A DNA stretch of 63,392 nt, taken from positions 1 to 63,392 of the forward strand of contig CAYPRN010000001.1 in the NCBI GenBank assembly GCA_964413295.1. Reading direction: 5' to 3'. This document shows, one piece after another, positions 8,244-19,150 of the stretch; within the stretch, counting starts at the first letter, position 1, and the number at the start of each line of letters is the position of its first letter. The stretch is from an uncultured Gammaproteobacteria bacterium (GTDB taxonomy: Bacteria > Patescibacteriota > Patescibacteriia > Patescibacteriales > XYC2-FULL-47-12). The notes under the pieces were generated by a model, which searched no databases, was not told where the DNA came from, and saw nothing but the letters and a program-made list of their open reading frames with translations. A program made the position numbers and the translations under genes.

Positions 8244-10910
8244 ATGGACTTTCATACATTAAAAGCAGAAGAGGTATTGAAAAAATTAAAAACATCAAAA
8301 GATGGCCTTGATAAGAAAGAGGCTATTTTAAGATTGAAAAAACACGGGTTGAATAAACTACCAACAGCCAAAAAGAAAAGTTGGTTAAGAATATTGTTAG
8401 AGCAGTTTAAAAGTCCGCTAATCTATATTTTAGCTATTGCCGGCATAGTTACTTTATTTTTGCAAGACTATACAGACGCGATTGTCATTTGGCTGGCAGT
8501 TTTAGTCAATACAATAGTCGGTTATATCCAAGAAGCAAAGGCCAATGATGCTCTGGTGGCGCTGAAAAAAATTGTGACCAATAAGGTAATTGTAATTCGC
8601 CACGGCAAAGAGAAACTAGTGTCGCAGGAGCAAATTACCATTGGCGATATTATAAAATTAAGACCAGGAGACAAAGTGCCGGCAGACGGGCGGATTATTG
8701 AGAGTAATGACTTGAAAATTAATGAGTCAGCGCTGACGGGCGAGTGGGCGCCGGTGGAGAAAAAAGTGGAGAGTATGGACAAAGAAACCTTTTTCGCTGA
8801 CAGGGTAAATCTGGCATTTATGGGGACTGTAGTGGAATCTGGCTTTGGACAAATGGTAATAACCGCTATTGCCAAGCAGACTGAGTTTGGTAGGGTGGCA
8901 AAATTGATTAAAGAAACCAAGGACGAGGTCACGCCTTATCAGCAAAAATTAGCTAATTTTAGCAAGATTTTAGGCTGGATAATTGTAGTAATTTGTTTTT
9001 TTATATTTATTGAAGGAATGATAACCGGAGGCGAGTTTGTGGAAATGTTCACCACTGCCGTGGCTGTTGCCGTAGCCGCTATCCCAGAAGGTTTGCCTAT
9101 GGCGATGACGGTGATTTTAGCGATCGGGATGCAGAAGATTTTAAAGAAGAAAGGTTTGGTCCGTAAATTAGCTAGTGCAGAAACATTAGGATCTACTTCA
9201 ATAATTTGTACTGACAAGACCGGCACGTTGACGCAGGGTAAAATGGAAGTGTTTGAAATAATTTTCCCCTCCCATGCCTACGGCCGGGCGGGCAAGGAAA
9301 ATAAAAATAAAGTTCTTGAGATTGTAACGTTATTATCAGAGGCATTTGTAGAAAGGTTGAATGGAGATTCCAACTCGCCTTCGCCTAAGGGCTCTGGCGT
9401 AGCGAGGGAAGTTTTACGAGGTAGGCCGACTGACAAGGCATTATTACAAGCTGGGCATATTGCCGGATTTCATAAAAGTAAGTTAAGTAAAAAATATAAT
9501 GAGACAGATAGGATTCCGTTTAATTCGGCGCAGAAATTTTCGGCGGCGTTGTTTAAGGTAGGAAAGTCATCCACCTCCAGCCAAAGGGCGGACAGGCAAG
9601 GCGGACAAGCTCAAGAATTACTGGTTATGGGCGCGCCTGAGGTTATATTTGCCCGGTGCAAAAACATTAAGAAATCAAAATTGAATCAGCTAGTTGATAA
9701 ATCAACCGGACAGGGAATGCGGGTGTTGGCGGTGGCCCACCGCAATGTGCCGGATCACAAATCATCCGAATTACGTGATGAAGATGTGAAAGATTTAGAA
9801 TTTTTAGGATTAGTGACATTAAAAGATCCGTTGCGAGCGAGTGCTAAAGAGGCGATTAAAGTTTGCCAAACTGCCGGGATGCGCCCGGTAATTATTACGG
9901 GAGACCATAAATTAACCGCCAAGGCGATTGCTAACGAGTTAGGTTTGAACGTAAAAGATAAAAATATTTTAGAGGGTAAGGATATAGAAAAATTAACTGA
10001 TAAGCAACTACAAAAAAAAGTAAGAGACATAATCGTTTACGCTCGCGTTATGCCAGAGCATAAACTGCGGATAATTAATGCCTGGCAGTCGCTAGGCAAA
10101 GTGGTTGCGATGACCGGCGATGGTATCAACGACGCGCCTGCGCTGAAAAAAGCCGATGTGGGAGTAGCATTAGGGTCAGGCACGACCGTGGCTAAAGAAG
10201 TGTCAGATTTGGTTTTGCTGACTGATGATTTTAGCGTGATCGTGGCTGCGGTGGAAGAAGGGCGGGGGATTATAGATAATATTCGCAAAGTAATAACTTA
10301 TTTATTGTCATCCAGTTTTTCAGAAATTATTTTAATTTCTACCGCCATTGTGCTGGGTTGGCCGTTGCCGGTGCTGGCCGTCCATATTTTATGGGTTAAT
10401 CTGATTGAAGACGGTTTGCCAAATTTCGCCCTGGCCTTTGAACCGAAAGAAGAGGATATTATGAAGTGGCCACCTTTGTCTAAAGAAGCGCCATTGTTAA
10501 ATTCGGAAATGAAATTTTTAATCTTTGTGATCGGCATCATTACCGATATTATGCTACTGGGCATATTTTATTATTTATATAAATATACCAATTACAGCTT
10601 AATTCATATTCAGTCAATTATTTTCGCCGCATTAGCGATTGATTCCAGATTCTTCATATATTCATGTAAGAGTTTAAGAAAAAATATCTGGCATATTAAT
10701 TTGTTGTCCAATAAGTTATTACTGCTTTCCAGCGTGATTAGCGCTGTATTATTAATAATAGTATTTTATCACCCAACCTTGCAGATAATCTTTAAGACTT
10801 TTCCATTGACTTTGCAAGATTGGACATTATTAATTGGCGTAGGGCTGGCGAATATTATTTTAATTGAAGTTGGGAAGTGGGTATATATTAAGAGGAAACA
10901 GGTAGGCTAA
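8244..10910 (+). CDS. Cation-transporting P-type ATPase (type II, Ca2+/PacL-like)
   Basis: TGEW/TGES-like actuator motif, IPEGLP, ICTDKTGTLT phosphorylation site, MTGDGINDAPALKKADVG hinge and an N-terminal cation-ATPase-N domain. Start taken at MDFHTL. Confidence 0.9.
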   Translation: MDFHTLKAEEVLKKLKTSKDGLDKKEAILRLKKHGLNKLPTAKKKSWLRILLEQFKSPLIYILAIAGIVTLFLQDYTDAIVIWLAVLVNTIVGYIQEAKANDALVALKKIVTNKVIVIRHGKEKLVSQEQITIGDIIKLRPGDKVPADGRIIESNDLKINESALTGEWAPVEKKVESMDKETFFADRVNLAFMGTVVESGFGQMVITAIAKQTEFGRVAKLIKETKDEVTPYQQKLANFSKILGWIIVVICFFIFIEGMITGGEFVEMFTTAVAVAVAAIPEGLPMAMTVILAIGMQKILKKKGLVRKLASAETLGSTSIICTDKTGTLTQGKMEVFEIIFPSHAYGRAGKENKNKVLEIVTLLSEAFVERLNGDSNSPSPKGSGVAREVLRGRPTDKALLQAGHIAGFHKSKLSKKYNETDRIPFNSAQKFSAALFKVGKSSTSSQRADRQGGQAQELLVMGAPEVIFARCKNIKKSKLNQLVDKSTGQGMRVLAVAHRNVPDHKSSELRDEDVKDLEFLGLVTLKDPLRASAKEAIKVCQTAGMRPVIITGDHKLTAKAIANELGLNVKDKNILEGKDIEKLTDKQLQKKVRDIIVYARVMPEHKLRIINAWQSLGKVVAMTGDGINDAPALKKADVGVALGSGTTVAKEVSDLVLLTDDFSVIVAAVEEGRGIIDNIRKVITYLLSSSFSEIILISTAIVLGWPLPVLAVHILWVNLIEDGLPNFALAFEPKEEDIMKWPPLSKEAPLLNSEMKFLIFVIGIITDIMLLGIFYYLYKYTNYSLIHIQSIIFAALAIDSRFFIYSCKSLRKNIWHINLLSNKLLLLSSVISAVLLIIVFYHPTLQIIFKTFPLTLQDWTLLIGVGLANIILIEVGKWVYIKRKQVG

Positions 10911-10970
10911 GGTATGTTGGTAGTTGATAAAGCATGGGGATTATGGTAGATTAAATACAAGTGTTATATT

Positions 10971-11047
10971 GCTACATTGTTAAATTGTTGTATTGCTAAA
11001 AAAGTCCACAACAATTTAACAATTTAACAATTTAACAATTTAACAAT
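10971..11047. repeat. Inverted plus tandem 8-nt repeat block (caatttaa about 4.5 copies, preceded by its reverse complement)
   Basis: gctacattgttaaattgttg ... acaacaatttaacaatttaacaatttaacaatttaacaat. Confidence 0.85.
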
Positions 11048-11055
11048 ATATTTAT

Positions 11056-11289
11056 ATGAAAAATTTTTTTACCTCAATTGACCGTAGCTTTAACGGTTTT
11101 GTCATAAATTTATTAATTGGCGGAATTTTATTGCTAACTTTTGCAGTTCTAGTTGTCTGGGTTGATTTTGTTTTGCGATTAGTAATTGGCCTAGCATTTT
11201 TAATGGCCGCTTGGGTATGTTTTTACGGCGCTTACAAACTGTATGATTTTAAAAAACATATTAAAGACTTCTTGCCTCGCATTAAATAG
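11056..11289 (+). CDS. Small membrane protein (2 TM)
   Basis: 77-aa hydrophobic ORF. Confidence 0.6.
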   Translation: MKNFFTSIDRSFNGFVINLLIGGILLLTFAVLVVWVDFVLRLVIGLAFLMAAWVCFYGAYKLYDFKKHIKDFLPRIK

Positions 11290-11364
11290 TTGATCAGTTA
11301 ATTAGTCATTTAGTTTTTTATATAGCAAACTAAGTAACTAATTAACTAAGTAACTGCCTAACTA

Positions 11365-13017
11365 ATGCCCACTTCAAGCCTCTCCCAACCTGAAACAACC
11401 ACTAAATCCTTGTCTGAAACAGCTAAGGATTTGTTTAGAGTTGTTCATCAACAACAAATTTCGCCAGCAGAAGACGATGAAAATGGGGTAGCTAAAATTA
11501 AAGTGCATGAAATTGTTAGTAAGATGTCCTTTTTTTATGAAAAGATTCGTAATGCGGTGGATTATAAAGATGACCATTTATTACGCAAGAACGCGATTGA
11601 ACGAATTTTAAAGCGCTTGCATTTAGTGGGACATCATGAATCTAATGAAATTGCCAATATGCTGATCGTGGAGTTGATTCGTGGTGGCTATTTAAATAAT
11701 AATGTTGTTCCAGAAACTAAAGCAGAAGAGGTGGCGCTAATTATTGAGCGTTTTTTACAATTGCGTAAAGATATTTTAACAGAAGAAAAAAATGATAAAA
11801 AAGAAGCAGATAATATTAAGCAATGGATTTGGAATTTGGCGGCTACTAATATTGAGGAAAATTTGATTAATCATTCGGTAAATCATGTTATTGGTAAGCA
11901 CATGTATTCGTTGATTGACGCTAATATTGCTGATGAAGAAATAGACCAGGAATTCAGTCGTGATAAAAAAATTCAGATTTATCTAGCAATATATGGCAAG
12001 CTTTTTAACTATGATGATTTAATGCTGGAGTTTTTGCTTTTTCGTTACTTTAATCCTGATTGGTATAAAGCTTCAGACAAAGATATTGCCAATATTGCCC
12101 AGCAGTATCAGGAAATGAAAAAAGCTTCAGTCCAACAGTTAAGCCATCCTTTTCGTAAACAAGTGCAGAAATTAGCCAATCGCTATACTATTTATTTTTC
12201 AATTCTTAAGGATGCGATTGAAGAAAATCCAGAAGCAACTTATGATAAATTGAAAAATTCTCTAGAACAGTTTAAAAAATTAATCACCAAAGTTTGCGAA
12301 AGGCGTTATAAAGAATCGCGTGGCAAGCTAAGTCGCGGGGCAGTGCGAAGTATTATTTATATATTTTTAACTAAAGCTGTTTTAGTTTTTATTCTGGAAG
12401 GACCAATTATTTTGTTTTTAGGCGGAGCGCTTAATTATTTTACTTTATCAATAAATATTTTATTTCCGCCTGCTTTGCTATTTTTGATTATTTTATTTAC
12501 AGCCGTGCCGGGCAATGATAATACCAAAAAGATTTATCAGGGCATTGAAGAAATTGTCTTTCAAGGAAAACATCAAGATAGATTAGTCAAGTTGTATTAT
12601 CCAGTAAAACGAGGAAGCGCTACCAACATTATGTTCAGCTTTTTTTATACAGTTACTTTTTTATTGTCTTTTGGCTTGGTAGTCTGGGGGCTATTAGCTT
12701 TGCAGTTTCATTTTGTTAGTATTATTATTTTTGTTTTCTTTTTATCATTGGTCAGTTTTTTCGGCATCCGTTTAGGGAAGATTGCTCGAGCCTATTCAGT
12801 AGTGGAACGCAAAGAGAATTTGTTTTCCTTTTTTGCTAACTTTTTCTATGTGCCAATTGTTGGTTTAGGAAAATGGTTAAGTGAGACCTTTTCTCAGATT
12901 AATGTTTTTGTTTTCATTCTGGATTTTATCATTGAGTCGCCGTTTAAAATATTTGTGGAAATTACCGAGCAGTGGAGCGCTTATGTTAAAGAACGGAAAG
13001 AGGGAATTGTGGAGTAG
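11365..13017 (+). CDS. Hypothetical large membrane protein
   Basis: 550 aa. About 330 aa of soluble N-terminal region followed by several TM helices. No motif recognised. Confidence 0.7.
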   Translation: MPTSSLSQPETTTKSLSETAKDLFRVVHQQQISPAEDDENGVAKIKVHEIVSKMSFFYEKIRNAVDYKDDHLLRKNAIERILKRLHLVGHHESNEIANMLIVELIRGGYLNNNVVPETKAEEVALIIERFLQLRKDILTEEKNDKKEADNIKQWIWNLAATNIEENLINHSVNHVIGKHMYSLIDANIADEEIDQEFSRDKKIQIYLAIYGKLFNYDDLMLEFLLFRYFNPDWYKASDKDIANIAQQYQEMKKASVQQLSHPFRKQVQKLANRYTIYFSILKDAIEENPEATYDKLKNSLEQFKKLITKVCERRYKESRGKLSRGAVRSIIYIFLTKAVLVFILEGPIILFLGGALNYFTLSINILFPPALLFLIILFTAVPGNDNTKKIYQGIEEIVFQGKHQDRLVKLYYPVKRGSATNIMFSFFYTVTFLLSFGLVVWGLLALQFHFVSIIIFVFFLSLVSFFGIRLGKIARAYSVVERKENLFSFFANFFYVPIVGLGKWLSETFSQINVFVFILDFIIESPFKIFVEITEQWSAYVKERKEGIVE

Positions 13018-13027
13018 TTTTTTTTCT

Positions 13028-13142
13028 TGTCATCTTGATGGTAGAGACGAGGCAATGCCTCGTCTCTACGTTTCTGTATTACGAATAGATTCTTCGCCTC
13101 CCCTCGCCCTTCGCGAAGGGCGAGGGATCGCTCAGAATGACA
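13028..13142. repeat. TGTCAT...ATGACA-bounded GC-rich palindromic element (full copy)
   Basis: Ends are tgtcatcttga and tcagaatgaca. Contains a 29-nt palindrome (13041-13069) and a 26-nt perfect palindrome (13101-13126). Confidence 0.85.
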
Positions 13143-13247
13143 AAAAAAAGAAAAGCAAAAATAACAAAAAAGCAAGCCTTGACTTTTTATGCCAAACAGG
13201 CATGATAAAGATAAATTGTTCATCCTATAAGAAAGAGGTAAAGGAAA

Positions 13248-13688
13248 ATGTCAAAGAAAAAGAAAAAACGCAGATGGTATGATTTAGTTCAAATTTTAAA
13301 TGAAAGAGATTTTTGTTATCAGGTATTAATACGGATACCAGAACCAGCCAGAAATTATTTTCCTGACATAATGGGAATAGTTAAGAAAGTAAAATTTTTT
13401 ATGGGTAATTTGGGTCTTCAAGAGCAAAGAGGGACATTTAACGTGGGACAGGGCGAAGAACAGATTATTTGCATTCCTTTTTTTGAAAAAAAATCTAATT
13501 CTTCAGGAATGATAATTGTTAGCACTCGAGAAGATTTAGGAATTATTTCCATCAAAATAATGAGCTGTCAATTGATCAAAGCAGAAGTGATTTTTGTTCG
13601 CTTGAAAGAAATATTTAATGCAGAACATCATAACATAAGATTACTTACAGCAGAGTATAAGATTATGGATTTTAATGAAAGGGAGTAA
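13248..13688 (+). CDS. Hypothetical protein
   Basis: 146 aa with SD aaagaggtaaagg upstream and a Lys/Arg-rich N-terminus. Confidence 0.55.
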   Translation: MSKKKKKRRWYDLVQILNERDFCYQVLIRIPEPARNYFPDIMGIVKKVKFFMGNLGLQEQRGTFNVGQGEEQIICIPFFEKKSNSSGMIIVSTREDLGIISIKIMSCQLIKAEVIFVRLKEIFNAEHHNIRLLTAEYKIMDFNERE

Positions 13689-13812
13689 AAATGTTTGACA
13701 ATAACACCTAAAAAGGGGTAAAGTTAAAAATAGCTTTATCCCTTTAATTATTTTAATCTCATGAAAAATAAATTTTACCCCGCATAGAGGCGGGGCAAGT
13801 ATTATAACTTTT

Positions 13813-15261
13813 ATGGTAAAAAAGAAAGACAATTTTTATATTACTACAACCTTGCCTTACGTAAATGCCAAACCGCATATTGGTTTTGCTTTGGAAATAA
13901 TTCAAGCAGATGTAATTGCCCGTTGGCAGAAAATGCAGGGTAAGGAAGTTTTTTTTAATACTGGCACTGACGAACATGGATTAAAAATTTATCGTAAAGC
14001 AGAGGAAGAAAATAAAGATATTCAGGATTATGTAGATGAATATGCTGATAAATTTAAAAAATTAATGCCGGCTTTAGGTATTTCTGATGATGTTCATTTT
14101 ATTCGCACTACTGACAAGCATCATGTTAAAGCAGTGCAGGAATTTTGGAAAAGATGCGACCAAAATGGAGATATTTATAAAAAGAATTATAAAATTAAAT
14201 ATTGCGTGGGATGCGAATTAGAAAAAACCGAATCAGAATTAAAAGATGGCAAATGTTCGGTTCATCCTAACTTAGATTTAGAAACTATTGAAGAAGAAAA
14301 TTATTTTTTTAAATTTTCAAAATATCAGGATAAACTCTTAGATTTATATAAAAATAATCCTGATTTTGTGAAACCAGGTTGGCGGTTAAAAGAAATTAGA
14401 AATTTTGTAGCAGATGGTTTAGAAGATTTTTCTATTTCCCGATTGAAAGAAAAAATGCCTTGGGGCGTGCCAGTTCCTGGGGATGATAAACACGTAATGT
14501 ATGTCTGGTTTGACGCATTGATTAATTATATTTCTACTTTACAATGGCCCAGCGAAGATGGTAATTATAAAAATTTTTGGCCGGGCATGCAAGTTGCCGG
14601 CAAAGATAACTTGCGCCAGCAGGCAGCTATGTGGCAGGCAATGCTTTTATCAGCCAAACTGCCGACTTCAACCCAAATTTTCATTCACGGCTTTATTACT
14701 TCTGGTGGACAAAAAATGTCTAAGAGTTTAGGCAATGTAATTGACCCTTTTGAAATAGCTGACAAGTATGGGATAGACGCTTTACGTTATTATTTATTAG
14801 CGGAAATTACTCCATTTGAAGACGGAGATTTTACGATTGAAAAATTTGAAGCTCGCTATAATGCAGACTTAGCTAATGGGCTGGGAAATTTAGTGAATAG
14901 AGTAACCGCTTTAGTTGAGAAATTTTTAGACGGAAAAATTGGCGAAGAAATAAAATTACCGAAACCACCAGGAATATCAGAAATAGAAATTGATATGAAT
15001 AATTTTCAATTTAATGAAGTTTTAGCAAAAATTTGGAAAATAATAGATAACCAAGACCAGATAATTCAACACAACATATTATGGGATTTGGGAAAAACTG
15101 ATATTGAGAATTTTCGTAAATATTGTCATACGGTGTTAACAAATTTATTGTTAATTGCAAAGTTAATTGAGCCCTTTATGCCCGAAACTAGTAAAAAATT
15201 ATTAGAGATTATAAAAGCTAAACAAATAAAGAAAAGTGAATCATTATTTCCAAGGATATAA
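13813..15261 (+). CDS. metG: Methionyl-tRNA synthetase (short form)
   Basis: PHIGFALE (HIGH-type), a CVGC...C.VH zinc knuckle, and GQKMSKSLGN (KMSKS). Confidence 0.95.
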   Translation: MVKKKDNFYITTTLPYVNAKPHIGFALEIIQADVIARWQKMQGKEVFFNTGTDEHGLKIYRKAEEENKDIQDYVDEYADKFKKLMPALGISDDVHFIRTTDKHHVKAVQEFWKRCDQNGDIYKKNYKIKYCVGCELEKTESELKDGKCSVHPNLDLETIEEENYFFKFSKYQDKLLDLYKNNPDFVKPGWRLKEIRNFVADGLEDFSISRLKEKMPWGVPVPGDDKHVMYVWFDALINYISTLQWPSEDGNYKNFWPGMQVAGKDNLRQQAAMWQAMLLSAKLPTSTQIFIHGFITSGGQKMSKSLGNVIDPFEIADKYGIDALRYYLLAEITPFEDGDFTIEKFEARYNADLANGLGNLVNRVTALVEKFLDGKIGEEIKLPKPPGISEIEIDMNNFQFNEVLAKIWKIIDNQDQIIQHNILWDLGKTDIENFRKYCHTVLTNLLLIAKLIEPFMPETSKKLLEIIKAKQIKKSESLFPRI

Positions 15262-15279
15262 TAAAATATAGATAAAAAT

Positions 15280-15316
15280 AAAACGAGAGAACATTATATT
15301 CTCTCGTTTTATTTTT
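15280..15316 (+). terminator. Rho-independent terminator of metG
   Basis: aaaacgagagaa-cattatat-tctctcgtttt followed by a T-run. Confidence 0.8.
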
Positions 15317-15331
15317 ATGAATTTTGAGTTT

Positions 15332-15457
15332 TGTCATCTTGAGTCTTGACGGCTTCGTGGCGAAAGATCTGATTTCACGAACGTGGTAGTAATAGATTCC
15401 TGTCTACCGGCAACCAGGCTCCGCTCTCCCGAGCGCTCGGAGTCGTTCAGAATGATA
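15332..15457. repeat. TGTCAT...ATGATA-bounded GC-rich element (full copy)
   Basis: Ends are tgtcatcttga and ttcagaatgata, with a GC-rich interior. Confidence 0.8.
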
Positions 15458-15467
15458 AAAAATAGCT

Positions 15468-16184
15468 TTATTCTGACAATTTGCTTAATTCAGCGTCAAT
15501 TATAGTTTTTATTATTTCAAATTCTACTGCGCCTGGAACTAAAGTCATATCGCCGTTTAAAAAGTTTCCTGGGGTGCCACGCACGCCTTTAGATAAACTT
15601 TCTTGATAGTCAGTATTAACTTTGTCTTTATATTTACCATCATCTATGCAAGAATTAAATTCTGTCATGTTTAAGCCGACTTCTTTAGCAAATGATTTAA
15701 TAGTATCTGCTGAAATATCAGCTTGATTTTCATATAGTTTATCTGCATATTCCCAAAATTTTTCTTGATCATTGGCGCATTCTGACGCTTCAGCTGTTGA
15801 ACGAGCTAAAGGATGAAGAGAATCAAGCGGGAAGTGCTTATAAATCCAGCGAACTTTATTAGGGTAAGTTTCCATTACTTTTTTCATGGTTACATGAAAT
15901 TTATCGCAGTAAGGGCATTGAAAGTCAGAAAATTCAACGATAGTAATGGGAGCATTCATGTTACCGCGAATATGATTATCTTCAGTTATAGTAAATTCAG
16001 CTAAAGCCGGTTTTTCCTGTTCATTTGGTTGTTCCTCCTCTTGATTTTGTTCAGTCTCACCAGCTACTTCTGAACTTTTATTATCCTTAAAGTATAGTCC
16101 TAACATTATTAGAAATCCAATAACAGCAAAAATTGCGATTCCTAAAGAAAGACCAAATAGAAATTGTTTTTTATCCTCGTCCAT
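15468..16184 (-). CDS. DsbA-family thiol:disulfide oxidoreductase, membrane anchored
   Basis: N-terminal TM helix, an acidic linker and an FQCPYC active site in a thioredoxin fold. Confidence 0.85.
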   Translation of the reverse strand: MDEDKKQFLFGLSLGIAIFAVIGFLIMLGLYFKDNKSSEVAGETEQNQEEEQPNEQEKPALAEFTITEDNHIRGNMNAPITIVEFSDFQCPYCDKFHVTMKKVMETYPNKVRWIYKHFPLDSLHPLARSTAEASECANDQEKFWEYADKLYENQADISADTIKSFAKEVGLNMTEFNSCIDDGKYKDKVNTDYQESLSKGVRGTPGNFLNGDMTLVPGAVEFEIIKTIIDAELSKLSE

Positions 16185-16553
16185 ATGGGTTATGATAAGT
16201 AAATTAATAAATTAAAGTGTGTATATGTGTATATAGGTTATATTATAAAGTAATTATAGTCAAAAATAATTATCCACACCTCTTCGCTTCGCCTGTGGCA
16301 GAGCTTTGAGGTGCAAGCAGTCCTACGCTAAAGCTACGGACTGTAAACAGTTCATTTTATATTCCAATATATATCAGGACTTTGAGATGCAAATATTTAT
16401 TTTTTTATGTTATAATACATATGTTCACATATATTAACATATATTCATATATTTGCCCGCCCGCCTACTCGTGTAGCGAGCTGGGAGGGTAGTTGATTCG
16501 TATATTCGTAGGAAAAGGAATTTAAATAGTGAATTAAAATTTATTAGTATTCT

Positions 16554-17114
16554 ATGGATTTATCATTTTTTAGCAATATAGATTTAGGTAGTTTAAGCGA
16601 TCTTGGAGTTTATGATGCGATTTTAGTCGTGATTATTTTAGGTTTTACTGTTTATGGTTTTTTAAAGGGTATTATTAGGATGATGGGCGAGTTGATTGGT
16701 TATATTGTCGGCATTTGGTTAGCAGGGCATTATTTTATTCCTTTTTATGAGTGGACACAATCAATCTATATGAGCAATGAAAGTGCTGGGCATGCCATTA
16801 GCTTTTTATTGCTTCTTTTTATTGCGCGTAAAGTAGTAATGTTGTTAGTGGTGGCTTTGGACAGATTTTTTAATTTTATCGCTATTATTCCTTTCTTCGG
16901 ACTGATTAACAGATTAGCTGGCGCTTTGTTTGGTTTTTTTACTGTTAATATTGTTTTAGGAATTTTAATTTATTTTGCCAGTCGTTATTCTCTAGGATTT
17001 TCTTTTGACAAATTTTTAGTTAATTCTAATATTGTTCCATATTTGCTTAGATTTGGCGAATTTTTTTCTCCTCTTTTGCCAGAAGTTTTTAGGCAATTGC
17101 ATTCATTATTGTAA
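16554..17114 (+). CDS. CvpA-family membrane protein
   Basis: 186 aa, 4 TM helices, CvpA-like N-terminal pattern. The assignment is tentative. Confidence 0.5.
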   Translation: MDLSFFSNIDLGSLSDLGVYDAILVVIILGFTVYGFLKGIIRMMGELIGYIVGIWLAGHYFIPFYEWTQSIYMSNESAGHAISFLLLLFIARKVVMLLVVALDRFFNFIAIIPFFGLINRLAGALFGFFTVNIVLGILIYFASRYSLGFSFDKFLVNSNIVPYLLRFGEFFSPLLPEVFRQLHSLL

Positions 17115-17129
17115 TTCGCTTTAATTAAA

Positions 17130-17702
17130 ATGAAAGATATTTTTTCTATAAAAGACATTAAGGAAATTGTTTATAATTTTAAAGATGGGCAGGTGGGTAT
17201 TTTTCCGACGGACACAGTTTATGGTTTAGGCGGACGAGCTGATAAATTAAGTGTAATAAAAAAAGTTTATCAATTAAAAAAGCGGGATAAGCAAAAACCG
17301 CTTTTAATTTTGGTTAGCAGTATAGCGATGGCTAAGAAGTATGTTAAAATAAATAAAAAACAAGAAGAATTTTTACGGTCCAAATGGCCGTGTAAATTAA
17401 CCGCAGTATTAATAGGTAAAAAAATATTACCGAAAGAGCTATCTAATAATACAGATAAAATTGGGGTTAGATTGCCTGATAATGAATTTTTATTAAAAAT
17501 AATTAAACAGTTAAACGCGCCATTAATCGCCACCAGCGCGAATATTTCCGGACAGCTAAGTGTTTGTAATGTAAAAAATATTAAAATAAAGCCAGATTTT
17601 ATTGTTGATGGTGGCAGACTGTTGAAGAGTAAGGAGTCAACAGTGGTAGATTTAACTAATGAGAAGGTAGTAATCTTAAGACAAGGAGATTTAAAAATTT
17701 AA
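17130..17702 (+). CDS. tsaC: L-threonylcarbamoyladenylate synthase (TsaC/YrdC domain)
   Basis: FPTDTVYGLG, ATSANISG and STVVDL motifs of the YrdC/Sua5 family. Confidence 0.85.
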   Translation: MKDIFSIKDIKEIVYNFKDGQVGIFPTDTVYGLGGRADKLSVIKKVYQLKKRDKQKPLLILVSSIAMAKKYVKINKKQEEFLRSKWPCKLTAVLIGKKILPKELSNNTDKIGVRLPDNEFLLKIIKQLNAPLIATSANISGQLSVCNVKNIKIKPDFIVDGGRLLKSKESTVVDLTNEKVVILRQGDLKI

Positions 17703-17804
17703 GATTTATGATTTTAGATTAATAAATCTGCAATCTGTAATCCAAAATCTGCGATTATAATTTTAAATTAAATTTAAGTTTATAACTGATTTATAATATT
17801 TTGT

Positions 17805-18647
17805 ATGGCTAACGGCACACAATTAATAGACACTCACGCCCATCTTAATTTTCAAGCATATAAAAAAGATGCGGATCAGGTAATCCGTCGGGCTTTTGAT
17901 GCAAAAACAGAAATAATTATTCCATCAACAGATTTAAAAAGTTCTCAGCAAGCAGTAAAAATAGTAGAAAAATATGATCAAGGAGTATATGCCACTATTG
18001 GTTTACATCCAATTCATTTACAGAATCAGGAATTTGAAGAAGAAGACAAAAAAATTAAAATGAAAGGAGAAAGATTTGAATATAGTGATTATGAAAAGAT
18101 GGCCAAGTTAAAAAAAATAGTGGCCATCGGTGAAATTGGTTTAGATTACCATTATCTTTCTATAGAAAGAATAAAAGAAAATAAACAATTACAGCAATTT
18201 ACGTTTTTACAGCAATTAGAGCTCGCTTATAATTTAGATAAGCCAGTAATTATTCATTGTCGTGAAGCGCATGAGGATTTATTGCCTCTTCTGCAGAAAT
18301 TTTATCAGAATAAAAAAAAGCGTCTTAGCGGACGCGGTGTTCTTCATTGTTTTTCTGGTGACTGGGAATTAGTATGGAAATATTTTGAACTTGATTTTTT
18401 AATTTCATTTACCGGATTAATTACTTTTAACGACCAGTGGAATGACCTTATCCGCCAGTGTCCACTGGATAAAATAATAATAGAAACAGATAGTCCATTT
18501 ATGTCTCCGATTCCGCACAGAGGAGAAAGAAATGAGCCAGCTCATGTTAAATATATTGCGGACAGGATCGCGCAGATTAAAGATGTTAGTTTTGAAAACG
18601 TGGCTAAAGCTACTACTAAAAATGCTAAGAAGTTGTTTCAGATTTAG
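17805..18647 (+). CDS. TatD-family metal-dependent hydrolase
   Basis: DTHAHL, GEIGLDYH, HCR and ETDSPF motifs. Confidence 0.9.
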   Translation: MANGTQLIDTHAHLNFQAYKKDADQVIRRAFDAKTEIIIPSTDLKSSQQAVKIVEKYDQGVYATIGLHPIHLQNQEFEEEDKKIKMKGERFEYSDYEKMAKLKKIVAIGEIGLDYHYLSIERIKENKQLQQFTFLQQLELAYNLDKPVIIHCREAHEDLLPLLQKFYQNKKKRLSGRGVLHCFSGDWELVWKYFELDFLISFTGLITFNDQWNDLIRQCPLDKIIIETDSPFMSPIPHRGERNEPAHVKYIADRIAQIKDVSFENVAKATTKNAKKLFQI

Positions 18648-18893
18648 CCTTCTTGTTTGACAGGGTAAAATAAAAATGGGACACACTTATATTTCATTCG
18701 GCGGGGTTGTCGTCAAAATGAAAATTAGCATGTCCCTATGGTTGAGGGCGAAGAAACTGGGTGTGACTGGATTTGCCCCGCAATTCGCTACGCTCTGCGG
18801 GGTCGCTCCCTCCACAAGTTTTGCAAGCTGGGCGGGCAAGCACTAACGTTCGCGAAACCCCGTGTTATTAAAATTTTAATAAAGATCAAAGAA

Positions 18894-18965
18894 CGCAGGA
18901 GACAGGGCTTGAACCTGTGACCTTCTGTCCGAAAACAGAAACTCTACCAACTGAGCTACTCCCGC
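18894..18965 (-). tRNA. tRNA with an Arg-type (UCG) anticodon loop signature but non-canonical loop length
   Basis: GCGGGAG/TA/GCTC-AGTTGGTA-GAGT..TCTGT-TTTCGG-ACAGA/AGGTC/ACAGG-TTCAAGC-CCTGT/CTCCTGC-G. The acceptor, D and T arms are canonical. The anticodon arm pairs only with a 6-nt or an 8-nt loop. Confidence 0.7.
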
Positions 18966-19048
18966 ACAAACCTTTTATATATTACACTAAGATAAAATAA
19001 CTGTCAAGAGTTAATATATATTAAAGTTATTTTGATTGCATTTGTCAA

Positions 19049-19077
19049 TTGACCTTATTTATTTTTTACCATATAAT
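19049..19077 (+). promoter_or_regulatory. Sigma70-like promoter of the atp operon
   Basis: TTGACC, 17 nt, TATAAT. Confidence 0.6.
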
Positions 19078-19150
19078 ATAAGCGAATAATCATTGTGGAT
19101 AATAATACCCGCTATAATGGGCGGATATTATTTTTTGTCAGAAAGTTAAT